Shown here piece after piece: positions 9,345-18,870 of a DNA stretch of 32,000 nucleotides; position 1 is the stretch's first letter, and every line of letters starts with the position of its first letter. Position numbers and translations under genes: made by a program. Source of the stretch: Candidatus Saccharimonadota bacterium (GTDB lineage Bacteria; Pseudomonadota; Gammaproteobacteria; Enterobacterales; Enterobacteriaceae); contig NZ_AP018162.1 in the NCBI RefSeq assembly GCF_004296475.1, forward strand, positions 198,547 through 230,546. Reading direction: 5' to 3'. A model generated the notes under the pieces. It saw nothing but the letters and a program-made list of their open reading frames with translations. It was not told where the DNA came from and did no database searches.

Positions 9345-10133
9345 TTATTTATAATTTAAAAAATTTATAAAATTATTATATATATTTTCAGATAAATATA
9401 TTACATCTAAATTTAAACATTTACTAATATAATTAATTATTTCATTAATATTTGATGGTATATTACATTTTCCTCTATATGGATGAGGGGATAAATAAGG
9501 AGAATCTGTTTCTATTAATAATTTATTAATTGGTATATATTTTATTATATTTTTTAAATTAGAATTTTTAAAAGTTAATATACCAGATAAAGATATATAT
9601 AAATTTTCATCTAAAAATTTTTTTAGAATATATAATTCATCATTAAATGAATGTATTACCCCATTTATTTTTTCATTTTTTATTATATCTATAATATATT
9701 CACTTGAATTTCTTGTATGTATTATAATAGGTTTATTTACATTTTTACTAATTTCTATATGTTTTGTAAAAGAATTTATTTGTATATTTTTTTTTACTTT
9801 ATTATATTCTTTTAAAAAATCTAATCCTGTTTCTCCTATAGCTATAACATCTTTATTTAAAGATATTTCTGATAGCTCTTTAATATCTTTATTTAAATTT
9901 GTATTATTTATATGCAAAGGATGTATACCACATGAATATAATATATTCTTTATTTTTTTAAATTTTAAATAAGATTCTTTAAAATCAGATATTGTTATAC
10001 TAACATTTAATAAAATATTTACATTATTTTTTAATGAATCATTTATAAAATCATCTATATTATTATATATACTATAATTTGTTAATATATCATTTATATG
10101 ACAATGAGAATCTATTAAATTTATATTTTTCAT
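9345..10133 (-). CDS. ycfH: TatD-family metal-dependent hydrolase/DNase (YcfH type)
   Basis: 262-aa ORF beginning 'MKNINLIDSHCHI' (TatD HxH metal site), with later His/Asp ligand contexts ('IIHTR', 'GVIHSF', 'ETDSPYL'). Its start overlaps the holB stop in an ATGA junction, preserving the E. coli holB-ycfH order. Confidence 0.85.
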   Translation of the reverse strand: MKNINLIDSHCHINDILTNYSIYNNIDDFINDSLKNNVNILLNVSITISDFKESYLKFKKIKNILYSCGIHPLHINNTNLNKDIKELSEISLNKDVIAIGETGLDFLKEYNKVKKNIQINSFTKHIEISKNVNKPIIIHTRNSSEYIIDIIKNEKINGVIHSFNDELYILKKFLDENLYISLSGILTFKNSNLKNIIKYIPINKLLIETDSPYLSPHPYRGKCNIPSNINEIINYISKCLNLDVIYLSENIYNNFINFLNYK

Positions 10134-11107
10134 TTATTTAATAAAATTTTTTCTAAAAATATAATTATATTATATTTTATTATAGACTTATTTATATATT
10201 TATTTTTTTTTATGTTATTTATATGATAAGTTATATTATCTATTATTTTAAATATATTATCTACAGATAAAATTTTTTCTAATTTATTTATTAATATAAT
10301 TTGATCTATATTTTTTATATATTCAATTTTAGTTTTTATAATTAGTAAATCTTTAAATAAATAAATTAACCAATATAATATATCATATATTTTTATATTA
10401 TTTTTATTTATATTAATTAATAAATTACTAAAATTATTATTTATTAAAGAAACATAAAAAAAATTAAAAAAAAAAGTTCTTTTATTATAATTATTTATTA
10501 AAAAATTAATTATATTAATATAAGATTTTTCATATATATTAATAGCAATATTAATTATTTTTATATCTATATTTTTGAATTCATTTTTTATAAATCTAAT
10601 TAATAATTTATTTTTAATATATGTTTTTATATAAAAACATCTGCTTATTATAGTATTTGGAATATTATTTATATTTTTACAACATATTATTATAAAAATA
10701 TTATTATTATAATTTTCTAATATATTTAATATTAGATTAATAGAAATATCATTTAATAAATTTAAATTAGGTATATAAAATATTGTATTATTTTTAGAAT
10801 TATTGTATCTATATATTTTTTTAATAAAAATTTTAACTACTTCTATATTTATAGTTTTATCTATAATAAAATTATTTATATTAATAAAGTTAATATTTAA
10901 ATTTATATTTGATTGTATACATTCATTACATTTACCACATGTATTATAATTAATTTTATTTATACATAATATCCATTTAAATATCTTATTTAATAAGATA
11001 TTTTTATATATAAAATTATTTAAATCTATTAATAATGGGATTCTTTTTTTTTTATATATTGATATTATTTCATTAAATTTTTTATCTATATATAAAAAAT
11101 CATTCAT
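10130..11107 (-). CDS. holB: DNA polymerase III delta' subunit (clamp-loader)
   Basis: The track ORF runs to 11194, but its first 29 codons overlap rpmF. ATG 11107 ('MNDFLYIDKKFNEII...') gives ~325 aa, about the E. coli HolB length, and starts 8 nt after the rpmF stop. It has the Zn-module-like 'CGKCNECIQ' (E. coli 'CGHCRGCQ') and 'IISRCF' (SRC motif). Highly diverged. Confidence 0.75.
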   Translation of the reverse strand: MNDFLYIDKKFNEIISIYKKKRIPLLIDLNNFIYKNILLNKIFKWILCINKINYNTCGKCNECIQSNINLNINFININNFIIDKTINIEVVKIFIKKIYRYNNSKNNTIFYIPNLNLLNDISINLILNILENYNNNIFIIICCKNINNIPNTIISRCFYIKTYIKNKLLIRFIKNEFKNIDIKIINIAINIYEKSYINIINFLINNYNKRTFFFNFFYVSLINNNFSNLLININKNNIKIYDILYWLIYLFKDLLIIKTKIEYIKNIDQIILINKLEKILSVDNIFKIIDNITYHINNIKKNKYINKSIIKYNIIIFLEKILLNK

Positions 11108-11114
11108 ATTTAAA

Positions 11115-11279
11115 TTAAAATATTTTTTTACCTTTATAAAATCCATTTTTACTAACAAAATGTCTAATATGTAATTCTCCAGAATAAAAATCAATTGATA
11201 ATTTAGGAATTATTATTTTATCATGAGATCTTCTCATGTTTCTTTTTGATCTAGTTTTTCTATTTTGTTGTACTGCCAT
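11115..11279 (-). CDS. rpmF: 50S ribosomal protein L32
   Basis: Too short for the ORF track. Hand translation from ATG 11279 gives [54 protein letters not shown], compared with E. coli L32 'MAVQQNKPTRSKRGMRSHDAL...GEKHLRHH..DGYYRGRKV' (from memory). Confidence 0.9.
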   Translation of the reverse strand: MAVQQNRKTRSKRNMRRSHDKIIIPKLSIDFYSGELHIRHFVSKNGFYKGKKIF

Positions 11280-11365
11280 ATTCTTTTTTATTTTATATAA
11301 AATATATTAAAATTATAATTATAACATTATATAATATAATATTATTTAATAAAAAGGTAAAATAA

Positions 11366-11680
11366 ATGTATGTAATTTTTCAATTTAATAATAAACAATA
11401 TATATCTAAAGATAATCAAATATTAAAAGTAGATAAAATTAATTTAAATATAAATAGTGAAATTGAAATTAATAATTTAATATTATTAAATTATAATAAT
11501 AAATTATTTATAGGTAATCCTTTCATAAAGAATATAAAAATAATTGTTAAAATTATTAATCATATAAGAACAAAAAAAATAAAAATTCTAAAATTTAAAA
11601 GAAGAAAAAATTATTTAAAAATAAATAATCATAGACAATGGTTTACTAATATAAAAATAAAAAATATTATTGAGGTATAA
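11366..11680 (+). CDS. rplU: 50S ribosomal protein L21
   Basis: 104-aa ORF. '[12 protein letters not shown]' and '[26 protein letters not shown]' match E. coli L21 'MYAVFQSGGKQH' and '[26 protein letters not shown]'. Confidence 0.95.
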   Translation: MYVIFQFNNKQYISKDNQILKVDKINLNINSEIEINNLILLNYNNKLFIGNPFIKNIKIIVKIINHIRTKKIKILKFKRRKNYLKINNHRQWFTNIKIKNIIEV

Positions 11681-11681
11681 T

Positions 11682-11939
11682 ATGGCTCATAAAAAAGCTG
11701 CTGGATCTACAAGAAATGGAAGAGATTCTCCTGGTAAAAGATTAGGATTAAAACATTTTGGAGGAGAAATTGTATATCCTGGTAATATATTAATTAGACA
11801 AAGAGGAAGTAAATTTCATCCTGGTGTTAATGTTGGATGTGGAAAGGATTATACTTTATTTTCATTAATAAGAGGAATAATAAAATTTAAAAAAAATAAA
11901 ATAAATAATAAAAAAGTTATATATGTAATACCAATTTAA
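11682..11939 (+). CDS. rpmA: 50S ribosomal protein L27
   Basis: The real start is the second ATG of the track ORF: '[29 protein letters not shown]...', essentially the E. coli L27 N-terminus. GAGG lies upstream at 11671-11674. Confidence 0.95.
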   Translation: MAHKKAAGSTRNGRDSPGKRLGLKHFGGEIVYPGNILIRQRGSKFHPGVNVGCGKDYTLFSLIRGIIKFKKNKINNKKVIYVIPI

Positions 11940-11942
11940 ATT

Positions 11943-12914
11943 ATGAATTTTTTATATAAAAAAATTATTAAAGTTAAAGCCGGAAATGGAGGAGATGGAT
12001 GTGTAAGTTTTAGAAAAATAAAATTTATAAATAAAGGAGGACCGGATGGAGGAAATGGAGGAAAAGGAGGAGATGTATTTTTATTATCTAATAAAAACAT
12101 AAATAATTTTAATGATTGTAATTTTAAAAATATAATATATGCAGAAGATGGTAAAAAGGGAAGTAAAGAAAATAAAACAGGAAAAAATGGTAAAAGTACA
12201 ATAATAAATGTTCCAATTAATATTAAAGTGATAAATTATGATACTGAAGAAATTATTTATAATATAAAAAATAATAATGAGTTATTAATAGTTGCAAAAG
12301 GAGGAGATTTTGGATTAGGTAATAGTAAATTTAAATCATCAATAAATAGATCGCCAAAATTTTGTACATTAGGTAAAATTGGAGAAAATAGAACTTTAAT
12401 ATTAAAATTAGAATTAAATTCTGATGTTGGAATTATAGGATTATCTTATTCTGGTAAAACATCTTTAATATATTCTATTATAAATAAAGATAAAATAGAT
12501 TTAAATACTAAATATCCTAGAAAATTTATAGTTAATAATAAATTTTCTATAATAGATACTCCTGGATTAATAAATTCTAGTAATTTTAATATCAATTTTT
12601 TAAATCATTTAAATAAATGTTCATTATTAATATATATTATAGATATATCATATTATAAATGTAATTTTTCTATTAATAATATATATAATATTTTTAATAA
12701 AATATATTTATATAATAAAAATTTAATTTTAAAAGAAAAATGGATTGTCTTTAATAAAATAGATTTATTAAGTTATAATGATGTATTACTATATTCTAAT
12801 TATATAATTAGTAAATTAAATTGGAAATCAAATTATTATTTAATTTCTGCAAAAAAAAATATTAGTATAAATAAATTATTAATTGATATATATAATTTTT
12901 TAAAAAAGGTTTAA
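11943..12914 (+). CDS. obgE: GTPase Obg (ObgE/CgtA), shortened
   Basis: 323-aa ORF. Glycine-rich Obg fold 'KAGNGGDGCVSFRKIKFINKGGPDGGNGGKGGDVFL'. G1 'GLSYSGKTS', G3 'DTPGL', G4 'NKID'. It follows rplU-rpmA, as in enterics. Confidence 0.9.
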   Translation: MNFLYKKIIKVKAGNGGDGCVSFRKIKFINKGGPDGGNGGKGGDVFLLSNKNINNFNDCNFKNIIYAEDGKKGSKENKTGKNGKSTIINVPINIKVINYDTEEIIYNIKNNNELLIVAKGGDFGLGNSKFKSSINRSPKFCTLGKIGENRTLILKLELNSDVGIIGLSYSGKTSLIYSIINKDKIDLNTKYPRKFIVNNKFSIIDTPGLINSSNFNINFLNHLNKCSLLIYIIDISYYKCNFSINNIYNIFNKIYLYNKNLILKEKWIVFNKIDLLSYNDVLLYSNYIISKLNWKSNYYLISAKKNISINKLLIDIYNFLKKV

Positions 12915-12916
12915 GT

Positions 12917-13384
12917 ATGGATTCTATATTAATAAGCAAAGAAGGAATTAGAAAATTAAAAAAAAAATTAGACTACATAAAAAATATAAAAATTCCTGAA
13001 ATAATAAATTCTATAAGAGAAGCAAGGTCATATGGAGATATTAAAGAAAATTATGAATACAAATCAGCCAAAGAACAACAAAAAATATATGAAAATAAAA
13101 TAATTGATATAGAAGAAAAATTATCTAAATTAAAAATAATTAATTTAAAAAATAGAAATTTAAATTTAATAACAATTTATTCTAAAGTTAAAATATTGAA
13201 TATAGATAATAATAAAATAAATATTTATCATATAGTTAGTGAATTTGAATCCAATATAGATAATAATAAGATATCTATAAACTCTCCAGTAGCTAAAAGC
13301 ATTTTAAATAAAAAAATAAATGATATAGTAGAAATAAAAGCCCCAATTGGAATATTAAGATATAAAATATTATCAATAAATTAA
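12917..13384 (+). CDS. greA: Transcription elongation factor GreA
   Basis: 155-aa ORF. 'REARSYGDIKENYEYKSAKEQQ' matches the E. coli '[22 protein letters not shown]' coiled-coil tip. Confidence 0.93.
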   Translation: MDSILISKEGIRKLKKKLDYIKNIKIPEIINSIREARSYGDIKENYEYKSAKEQQKIYENKIIDIEEKLSKLKIINLKNRNLNLITIYSKVKILNIDNNKINIYHIVSEFESNIDNNKISINSPVAKSILNKKINDIVEIKAPIGILRYKILSIN

Positions 13385-13385
13385 A

Positions 13386-13987
13386 ATGAAAAATAACAAA
13401 AATTTTAGTGATTTTTTTTATAGAAAAGCTAAATTATTAAAATTAAAATCAAGATCTTGGTTTAAAATAAAAGAAATAAATAATAGAGAAAAAATATTTT
13501 ATGACAATATTAAAATAGTAGATTTAGGATCTTCTCCTGGAGGTTGGTCTAAATTTGCATCAGATTATACAAGTAATTCAATAATATTTTCATGTGATAT
13601 ATTAGATATGGATTATATAAAAAATGTTTTTTTTTTAAATGTAATATATTAAAAAAAAATTCATATAATGATTTTATAAATTTTATTAAAGTTAAATATA
13701 TAAATTTAATATTATCTGATATGTCTCCTAATATAAGTGGTAATAAAATTATAGATTCAAAAAATATATATGATTTATATAAAGTATGTATTAATTTATG
13801 TATAGATAAATTAATATTTAATGGATGTATGGTTATAAAATTATTTTATGGTTACTATACAGAACTAATAATTAAAGAAATTAAAAATTTATTTAATTAT
13901 ATTAAAATATTAAAACCTGTTTCATCAAAAAAAAAATCTAGTGAATTTTATATTGTAGCTAAAAATTTTAAAATATTTAATAAATAA
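13386..13987 (+). pseudogene. rlmE: 23S rRNA Um2552 2'-O-methyltransferase RlmE (FtsJ/RrmJ), interrupted by a single frame change in a T10 tract. It could be a slippage-rescued gene rather than a dead one.
   Basis: ORF 13386-13652 is the N-terminal half, with the SAM site 'VDLGSSPGGWS'. ORF 13721-13987 is the C-terminal half ('DMSPNISG', 'EFYIVA'). The frame one nt back is open from the T10 run (13627-13636) to the second ORF and encodes the missing middle segment with no length change. Confidence 0.85.
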
Positions 13988-14004
13988 ATTATTTATATAA
14001 AAAT

Positions 14005-15807
14005 ATGATTAAAAACTTTATCATTTGGTTAATTATTACTTTATCTTTAATATTTATATTTAATAATTTTAATATAAATGAATGTAAAAATAAAATTGAT
14101 TATTCTACTTTTATTAATGATTTAAATAAAGAAAAAATAAAAGAAGTTTGTATAAATGGAAAAGAAATTTATGTTATAAAAAAAAATAGAGATAGTTATA
14201 TTACATATATGCCTATATTAGATTATAAATTATTAAGTATTTTATTAAATAAAAATATAAAAATAATAGGAAAATGTAATGAAGATAATATTATTACCTC
14301 AATATTAATATCTTGGTCTCCAATAATTTTAATTTTATTAGTATGGATATTCTTTATTAGACAAATACAAATTGGAGGTAAAGGATCAATATATTTTGGT
14401 AAAAATAAAGCAAAAATAATTTCAGAAAATAGAATAAAAATAAAATTTGAAGATGTAGCAGGATGTGATGAAGCTAAAGAAGAAGTTAAAGAAATAGTAG
14501 ATTTTTTAAAAAATCCAAATAAATTTAAAAAATTAGGAGGAAGAATACCTAAAGGTATTTTAATGATAGGGCCTCCTGGTACCGGAAAAACATTATTAGC
14601 TAAAGCTATAGCAGGAGAATCAGATGTGCCATTTTTTACTATATCAGGATCTGATTTTGTAGAAATGTTTGTTGGAGTTGGTGCATCAAGAGTAAGAGAT
14701 ATGTTTGATCAAGCAAAAAAAAAATCTCCATCTATAATATTTATAGATGAAATAGATGCTGTTGGTAGACAAAGAGGTACTGGTTTTGGAGGAGGTCATG
14801 ACGAAAGAGAACAAACATTAAATCAAATGTTAGTTGAAATGGATGGGTTTGATAATAATGAATCAGTTATTGTTATAGCAGCTACTAATAGACCAGACGT
14901 ATTAGATAATGCATTATTAAGACCAGGAAGATTTGATAGAAAAGTTATATTTGATTTACCTGATATAAAAGGTAGAGAAGAAATATTAAAAATACATGTT
15001 AAAAAAATTAATTTAAATGAAGATGTAGATTTATCATTAATATCAAAAAGTACATCAGGATTTTCTGGAGCAGATTTATCTAATTTAGTTAATGAAGCAA
15101 TATTACATGCGGCTAAAAATGATAAAGAAAAAATATATATGTCAGATTTTGAATTTTCTAGAGATAAAATAATATTAGGCTCTGAAAGAAAATCTATGAT
15201 TCTTACTAATAAACAAAAAGAATATATAGCATATCATGAATCAGGGCATGTTATTGTTGGAAAATTAATTCCAGATCATGATCCTATAAATAAAGTAACT
15301 ATAATACCTAGAGGTAGATCTTTAGGAGTAACATTATTTTTACCTAATGAAGAGTATTTAAATACTAATAGAATAAGATTAGAAAGTAAAATATCTGCAT
15401 TATATGGAGGTAGATTAGCTGAAGAAATAATATATGGATATAATAAAATATCAACAGGATCATTAAATGATATTAAAGTAGCAACTTCAATAGCAAGAAA
15501 AATGGTAATTCAATTAGGATATTCAAAAATATTAGGTCCTTTAATGTATTCATTTGATGATGAAAATGAATCATATATGAATAATAAATTTATATTTAGA
15601 TCTAAAACTTTATCTGAAGATATATTAAAAGTAATAGATCAAGAAATTATTAATATAATAAATATAAATTATCAAAGAGCTAAAGATATTTTAATAAAAA
15701 ATATAGATATTTTACATTCTATGAAAGATGCTTTAATAAAAAATGAAACCTTAAATTCTAATCAAATAAACAATTTAATAAATAGAAAACCAATAGATTA
15801 CTGTTAA
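14005..15807 (+). CDS. ftsH: ATP-dependent zinc metalloprotease FtsH
   Basis: 600-aa ORF with two N-terminal TM segments, Walker A 'GPPGTGKT', Walker B 'IIFIDEIDA', SRH '[18 protein letters not shown]' and Zn site 'HESGH'. Very well conserved. Confidence 0.97.
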   Translation: MIKNFIIWLIITLSLIFIFNNFNINECKNKIDYSTFINDLNKEKIKEVCINGKEIYVIKKNRDSYITYMPILDYKLLSILLNKNIKIIGKCNEDNIITSILISWSPIILILLVWIFFIRQIQIGGKGSIYFGKNKAKIISENRIKIKFEDVAGCDEAKEEVKEIVDFLKNPNKFKKLGGRIPKGILMIGPPGTGKTLLAKAIAGESDVPFFTISGSDFVEMFVGVGASRVRDMFDQAKKKSPSIIFIDEIDAVGRQRGTGFGGGHDEREQTLNQMLVEMDGFDNNESVIVIAATNRPDVLDNALLRPGRFDRKVIFDLPDIKGREEILKIHVKKINLNEDVDLSLISKSTSGFSGADLSNLVNEAILHAAKNDKEKIYMSDFEFSRDKIILGSERKSMILTNKQKEYIAYHESGHVIVGKLIPDHDPINKVTIIPRGRSLGVTLFLPNEEYLNTNRIRLESKISALYGGRLAEEIIYGYNKISTGSLNDIKVATSIARKMVIQLGYSKILGPLMYSFDDENESYMNNKFIFRSKTLSEDILKVIDQEIINIININYQRAKDILIKNIDILHSMKDALIKNETLNSNQINNLINRKPIDYC

Positions 15808-15819
15808 TAATAAAAAGTT

Positions 15820-16032
15820 ATGAATTTATTTTATTTTATGTTTTATATTTTTTCATTATTATTAATAATTTTATTTATTATAGAAAATATTTTATATAAT
15901 AAAAATTTAAATCTTAAAAAATATGACATAATAATGTATAAAGATGATATTATTTTAAATAGAATTATATATATTGTATCTATAATATTATTTTCTATAG
16001 TATTAATTTTAATAAAAAAAAATAATATTTAA
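15820..16032 (+). CDS. secG: Small two-TM membrane protein, putative highly diverged SecG
   Basis: 70-aa ORF with two hydrophobic helices (roughly residues 3-24 and 48-66). Its stop codon abuts the tRNA-Leu gene, the position of secG-leuU in enterics. No recognisable SecG 'LLQxGKG' motif, so the call rests on position and topology only. Confidence 0.45.
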   Translation: MNLFYFMFYIFSLLLIILFIIENILYNKNLNLKKYDIIMYKDDIILNRIIYIVSIILFSIVLILIKKNNI

Positions 16033-16114
16033 ACCGAGATGGTGAAATTGGAAAACACGCTACTTTAAGATAGTAGTACTTAAAAGTTTAAGGGTTCGAA
16101 TCCCTTTCTCGGTA
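16033..16114 (+). tRNA. tRNA-Leu with anticodon AAG (A34), leuU positional homolog
   Basis: Fold: ACCGAGA-TG-GTG-AAATTGGAAAA-CAC-G-CTACT-TTAAGAT-AGTAG-(13-nt variable arm TACTTAAAAGTTT)-AAGGG-TTCGAAT-CCCTT-TCTCGGT-A. It aligns with E. coli leuU (anticodon loop TTGAGGT) except that G34 is A34. Confidence 0.85.
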
Positions 16115-16145
16115 AAATTTAATAGTATATGAAATATTTATTTTT

Positions 16146-16173
16146 TTGATATTTTATAATATAATAATATAAT
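16146..16173 (+). promoter_or_regulatory. Candidate sigma-70 promoter for the metY-nusA-infB block
   Basis: TTGATA (16146-16151), a 16-nt spacer, then TATAAT (16168-16173), ending about 22 nt upstream of the initiator tRNA. In DNA this AT-rich such matches arise by chance, so this is weak. Confidence 0.25.
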
Positions 16174-16194
16174 TACAATTAATTTATTCAAATA

Positions 16195-16266
<72 letters not shown>

Positions 16267-16382
16267 TCTTTTATAGTTCAATAAGTATTAATTTTATATT
16301 AAAATAATATATTTTTTTTGTCTTATTTTTATAAATTTATTAAAAATTTAAAATTTTTATAAAAATATTAATTTCAGTAATT

Positions 16383-17360
16383 ATGAATAAAAAAATTTTA
16401 GTTATTGTTGAATCTATATCTAATAAAAATTTAATATCTAAAGATAAAGTATTTGAAATTTTAAAAGATTCTTTATTATTAGCAATTAATAAAACATTAA
16501 AAAATATAAATAATATAGAAGTATATATAGATAAAAATAGTGGAGATATTAAATTTTATAAAAAAATATATAAAAATTTAACAGAATCAAATTGTAATAA
16601 TATATATAATAATTTAATTAATAAAAATATTTTAAAAGAAGAAATAAATATAAAATTTAATAGAATTTTAATAGAACTTACAAAAAAAAATTTAATAGAA
16701 AGTGTAAAAAAAATATCAAATAATATTTTATTTAATAAATTTAATAAACTTATAGGAAAATTAATATTAGGTATAGTAAAAAAAATAAGTAAAAATTATA
16801 TTTTAATATATATCGAAGATAATATAGATGCTATATTAAATAAAAATAATATGTTAAATAATGATTCATTTAAATTAGGCGATAAAATAACTGGAATATT
16901 ATTTAATGTTATTATTAATAAATATGATATAGAATTATTTATAAGTAGAACATCAAATAAAATTATATATGAATTATTTTATAAAAATATTAATAGTGAA
17001 AATAAAAATTATATTAAAATAATTTCAATAATTAGAAATCCTGGATATATATCTAAAATAATAATAAAGTTAAAAAATAAATTAGATATAATATTTAATA
17101 ATATTTTAAATAAAAAAATAAATAGATATATTTCAAATGAATTATCAGGAGAAAAAATAGACATAATAATTTGGAATAATGATATAAAAAAACTTATTTT
17201 TAATATTATATTTCCTATAAAAATATTAAAAATAAATATTAATAAATATAAATTAGATATTTTTATTAAAAAAGATAACAATATATTTTTTTTAAAAAAT
17301 AAAAATAATATAAAATTATTATCTAAATTATGTAAATATAAATTAAATTTTATATATTAA
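16383..17360 (+). CDS. nusA: Transcription termination/antitermination factor NusA (NTD-S1-KH1-KH2 only)
   Basis: 325-aa ORF. 'MNKKILVIVESISNKNLISKDKVFEILKDSL' matches E. coli '[31 protein letters not shown]'. 'RNPGYISKIIIK' and 'SGEKIDIIIWNNDIKKLIFNIIFP' align with 'REPGSRAKIAVK' and '[24 protein letters not shown]'. It ends at the end of KH2. Confidence 0.85.
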   Translation: MNKKILVIVESISNKNLISKDKVFEILKDSLLLAINKTLKNINNIEVYIDKNSGDIKFYKKIYKNLTESNCNNIYNNLINKNILKEEINIKFNRILIELTKKNLIESVKKISNNILFNKFNKLIGKLILGIVKKISKNYILIYIEDNIDAILNKNNMLNNDSFKLGDKITGILFNVIINKYDIELFISRTSNKIIYELFYKNINSENKNYIKIISIIRNPGYISKIIIKLKNKLDIIFNNILNKKINRYISNELSGEKIDIIIWNNDIKKLIFNIIFPIKILKININKYKLDIFIKKDNNIFFLKNKNNIKLLSKLCKYKLNFIY

Positions 17361-17386
17361 AATTTTAAATTACTTAATGAAACTAA

Positions 17387-18865
17387 ATGAGTAAAAATAA
17401 TTTTAAATTAAACAATATTGAAAAATATAAAAAAAGAACTCCAATAATAACTATATTAGGACATGTAAATCATGGAAAAACATCAATATTAAATGAAATA
17501 TTATTATTAAATAATAAAAATATAAATTTAAATGAATATGGTAATATTACACAATATATAAAATATTTTTATATAAAGACTAAATTTGGTTTTATGACAT
17601 TTCTAGATACTCCAGGTCATGAAGATTTTATATATATGAGAAATATAGGTGCTAAAATTACAGATATAGTAATATTAGTAATAGCGGCAGATGATGGTAT
17701 AAAATTACAGACTATAGAATGTATAAATTATATAAAAAATTTTAATATACCTTCAGTTATAGTTATAAATAAAATAGACAAAGATATAAATTTATATAAT
17801 TCAAATAAAATAATAGGAGATCTATATAAATATAATATAATTTCTGATAAATTAGGAGGAGAATATCAATTTATAAATATATCATCTAAAAATAAAATAG
17901 GAATAGATAATTTATTAGAAGCAATATATTTGCAATCTGAAATGATAAATTTAAATTCTAATATAGAAAGTAATACTCCAGAAGGAATAGTTTTAGAGTC
18001 ATTTATAGATAATAGAGGTCCTATTATATCCTTAATAGTAAAAAAAGGTATATTTAAGATAGGAGATAATATTATATGTAATAATAATATTGGAAAAATA
18101 AAATTAATAAATAGTACTGATGGATATTTAGAATATGCATTACCATCTATGCCTATAGAAATATTAGGACTAAATAATATATCTAATATTGGAGAAAAAA
18201 TATATGTATATAATAATAAAAATAAAATAAATTTTATTTATAAATCCGAAAAAAGTAAAACAAAAGATATAAGTATAATAAAACCATCAACTAATGATAT
18301 AAACATAATATTAAAAACTAATGTAAAAGGAATATGTGATGTTATAATTAATTCTTTAAAAAAAATTGATTTAAATATTAAATTTATTAGTCATAGTATA
18401 GGAAAAATAAATAAAAATGATATTAATATGGCTATTATAACTAAATCAATAATATTAGGATTTAATATAAAAGTAAATTTAAATATTTTAAAATTAATAA
18501 AAATAAATAATATATTTTTTGAGAATTATTTTATAATATATGACCTAATAGATAAAGTTAAAAGTATAATTTCAGAAAGAAAAAATAATATTATATTAGA
18601 AAATATAAAAGGATCAGCTTTAGTTAAAAATATATTTAATATAAAAAATGTTGGTATTATATCTGGATGTGAGATAACATATGGAATTATAAAAGTTAAT
18701 AATAATATAAAAATCATAAGAAATAATATAAATATATATGAAGGTAAATTAGAATCAATAAAATTATTTAAAGAAAATATTTTGGAAGCAAAAAAGGGAA
18801 TGAAATGTGGATTATATATAAAATTTAATAATATAAAAATAAATGATAAAATAAATTCATACTAA
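17387..18865 (+). CDS. infB: Translation initiation factor IF-2, lacking the N-terminal region
   Basis: 492-aa ORF. G1 'GHVNHGKTS' starts at residue 25, G3 is 'DTPGHEDF', G4 is 'NKIDK'. The C-terminal domains are present. Confidence 0.93.
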   Translation: MSKNNFKLNNIEKYKKRTPIITILGHVNHGKTSILNEILLLNNKNINLNEYGNITQYIKYFYIKTKFGFMTFLDTPGHEDFIYMRNIGAKITDIVILVIAADDGIKLQTIECINYIKNFNIPSVIVINKIDKDINLYNSNKIIGDLYKYNIISDKLGGEYQFINISSKNKIGIDNLLEAIYLQSEMINLNSNIESNTPEGIVLESFIDNRGPIISLIVKKGIFKIGDNIICNNNIGKIKLINSTDGYLEYALPSMPIEILGLNNISNIGEKIYVYNNKNKINFIYKSEKSKTKDISIIKPSTNDINIILKTNVKGICDVIINSLKKIDLNIKFISHSIGKINKNDINMAIITKSIILGFNIKVNLNILKLIKINNIFFENYFIIYDLIDKVKSIISERKNNIILENIKGSALVKNIFNIKNVGIISGCEITYGIIKVNNNIKIIRNNINIYEGKLESIKLFKENILEAKKGMKCGLYIKFNNIKINDKINSY

Positions 18866-18870
18866 ATAAA

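Noticed and set aside
11108-11194. N-terminal 29 codons of the track ORF assigned to holB
   Set aside because: This stretch overlaps the 3' part of rpmF (L32), which is clearly real. HolB homology and length fit a start at ATG 11107. The extension '[29 protein letters not shown]' has no counterpart in HolB.
11670-11681. Upstream start (ATG 11670, 'MRYN') for rpmA
   Set aside because: L27 universally begins MAHKKA..., which starts at 11682. The earlier ATG overlaps the rplU stop, and the GAGG Shine-Dalgarno sequence at 11671-11674 serves the 11682 start.
13386-13987. Treating the two rlmE ORFs as a genuinely split two-subunit gene
   Set aside because: The 68-nt gap is not a spacer. It encodes the missing central segment in the adjacent frame with exact length conservation, so this is one gene with a single frame change, not two independent cistrons.
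17009-17281. 90-aa minus-strand ORF inside nusA, with similar ones at 18526-18717 in infB, 18891-19175 in rbfA and 21897-22103 in pnp
   Set aside because: All lie antisense within conserved genes. All translate to low-complexity F/I/L-rich strings typical of the reverse complement of K/N/I-rich AT-biased genes. None has start context or homology that I recognise.
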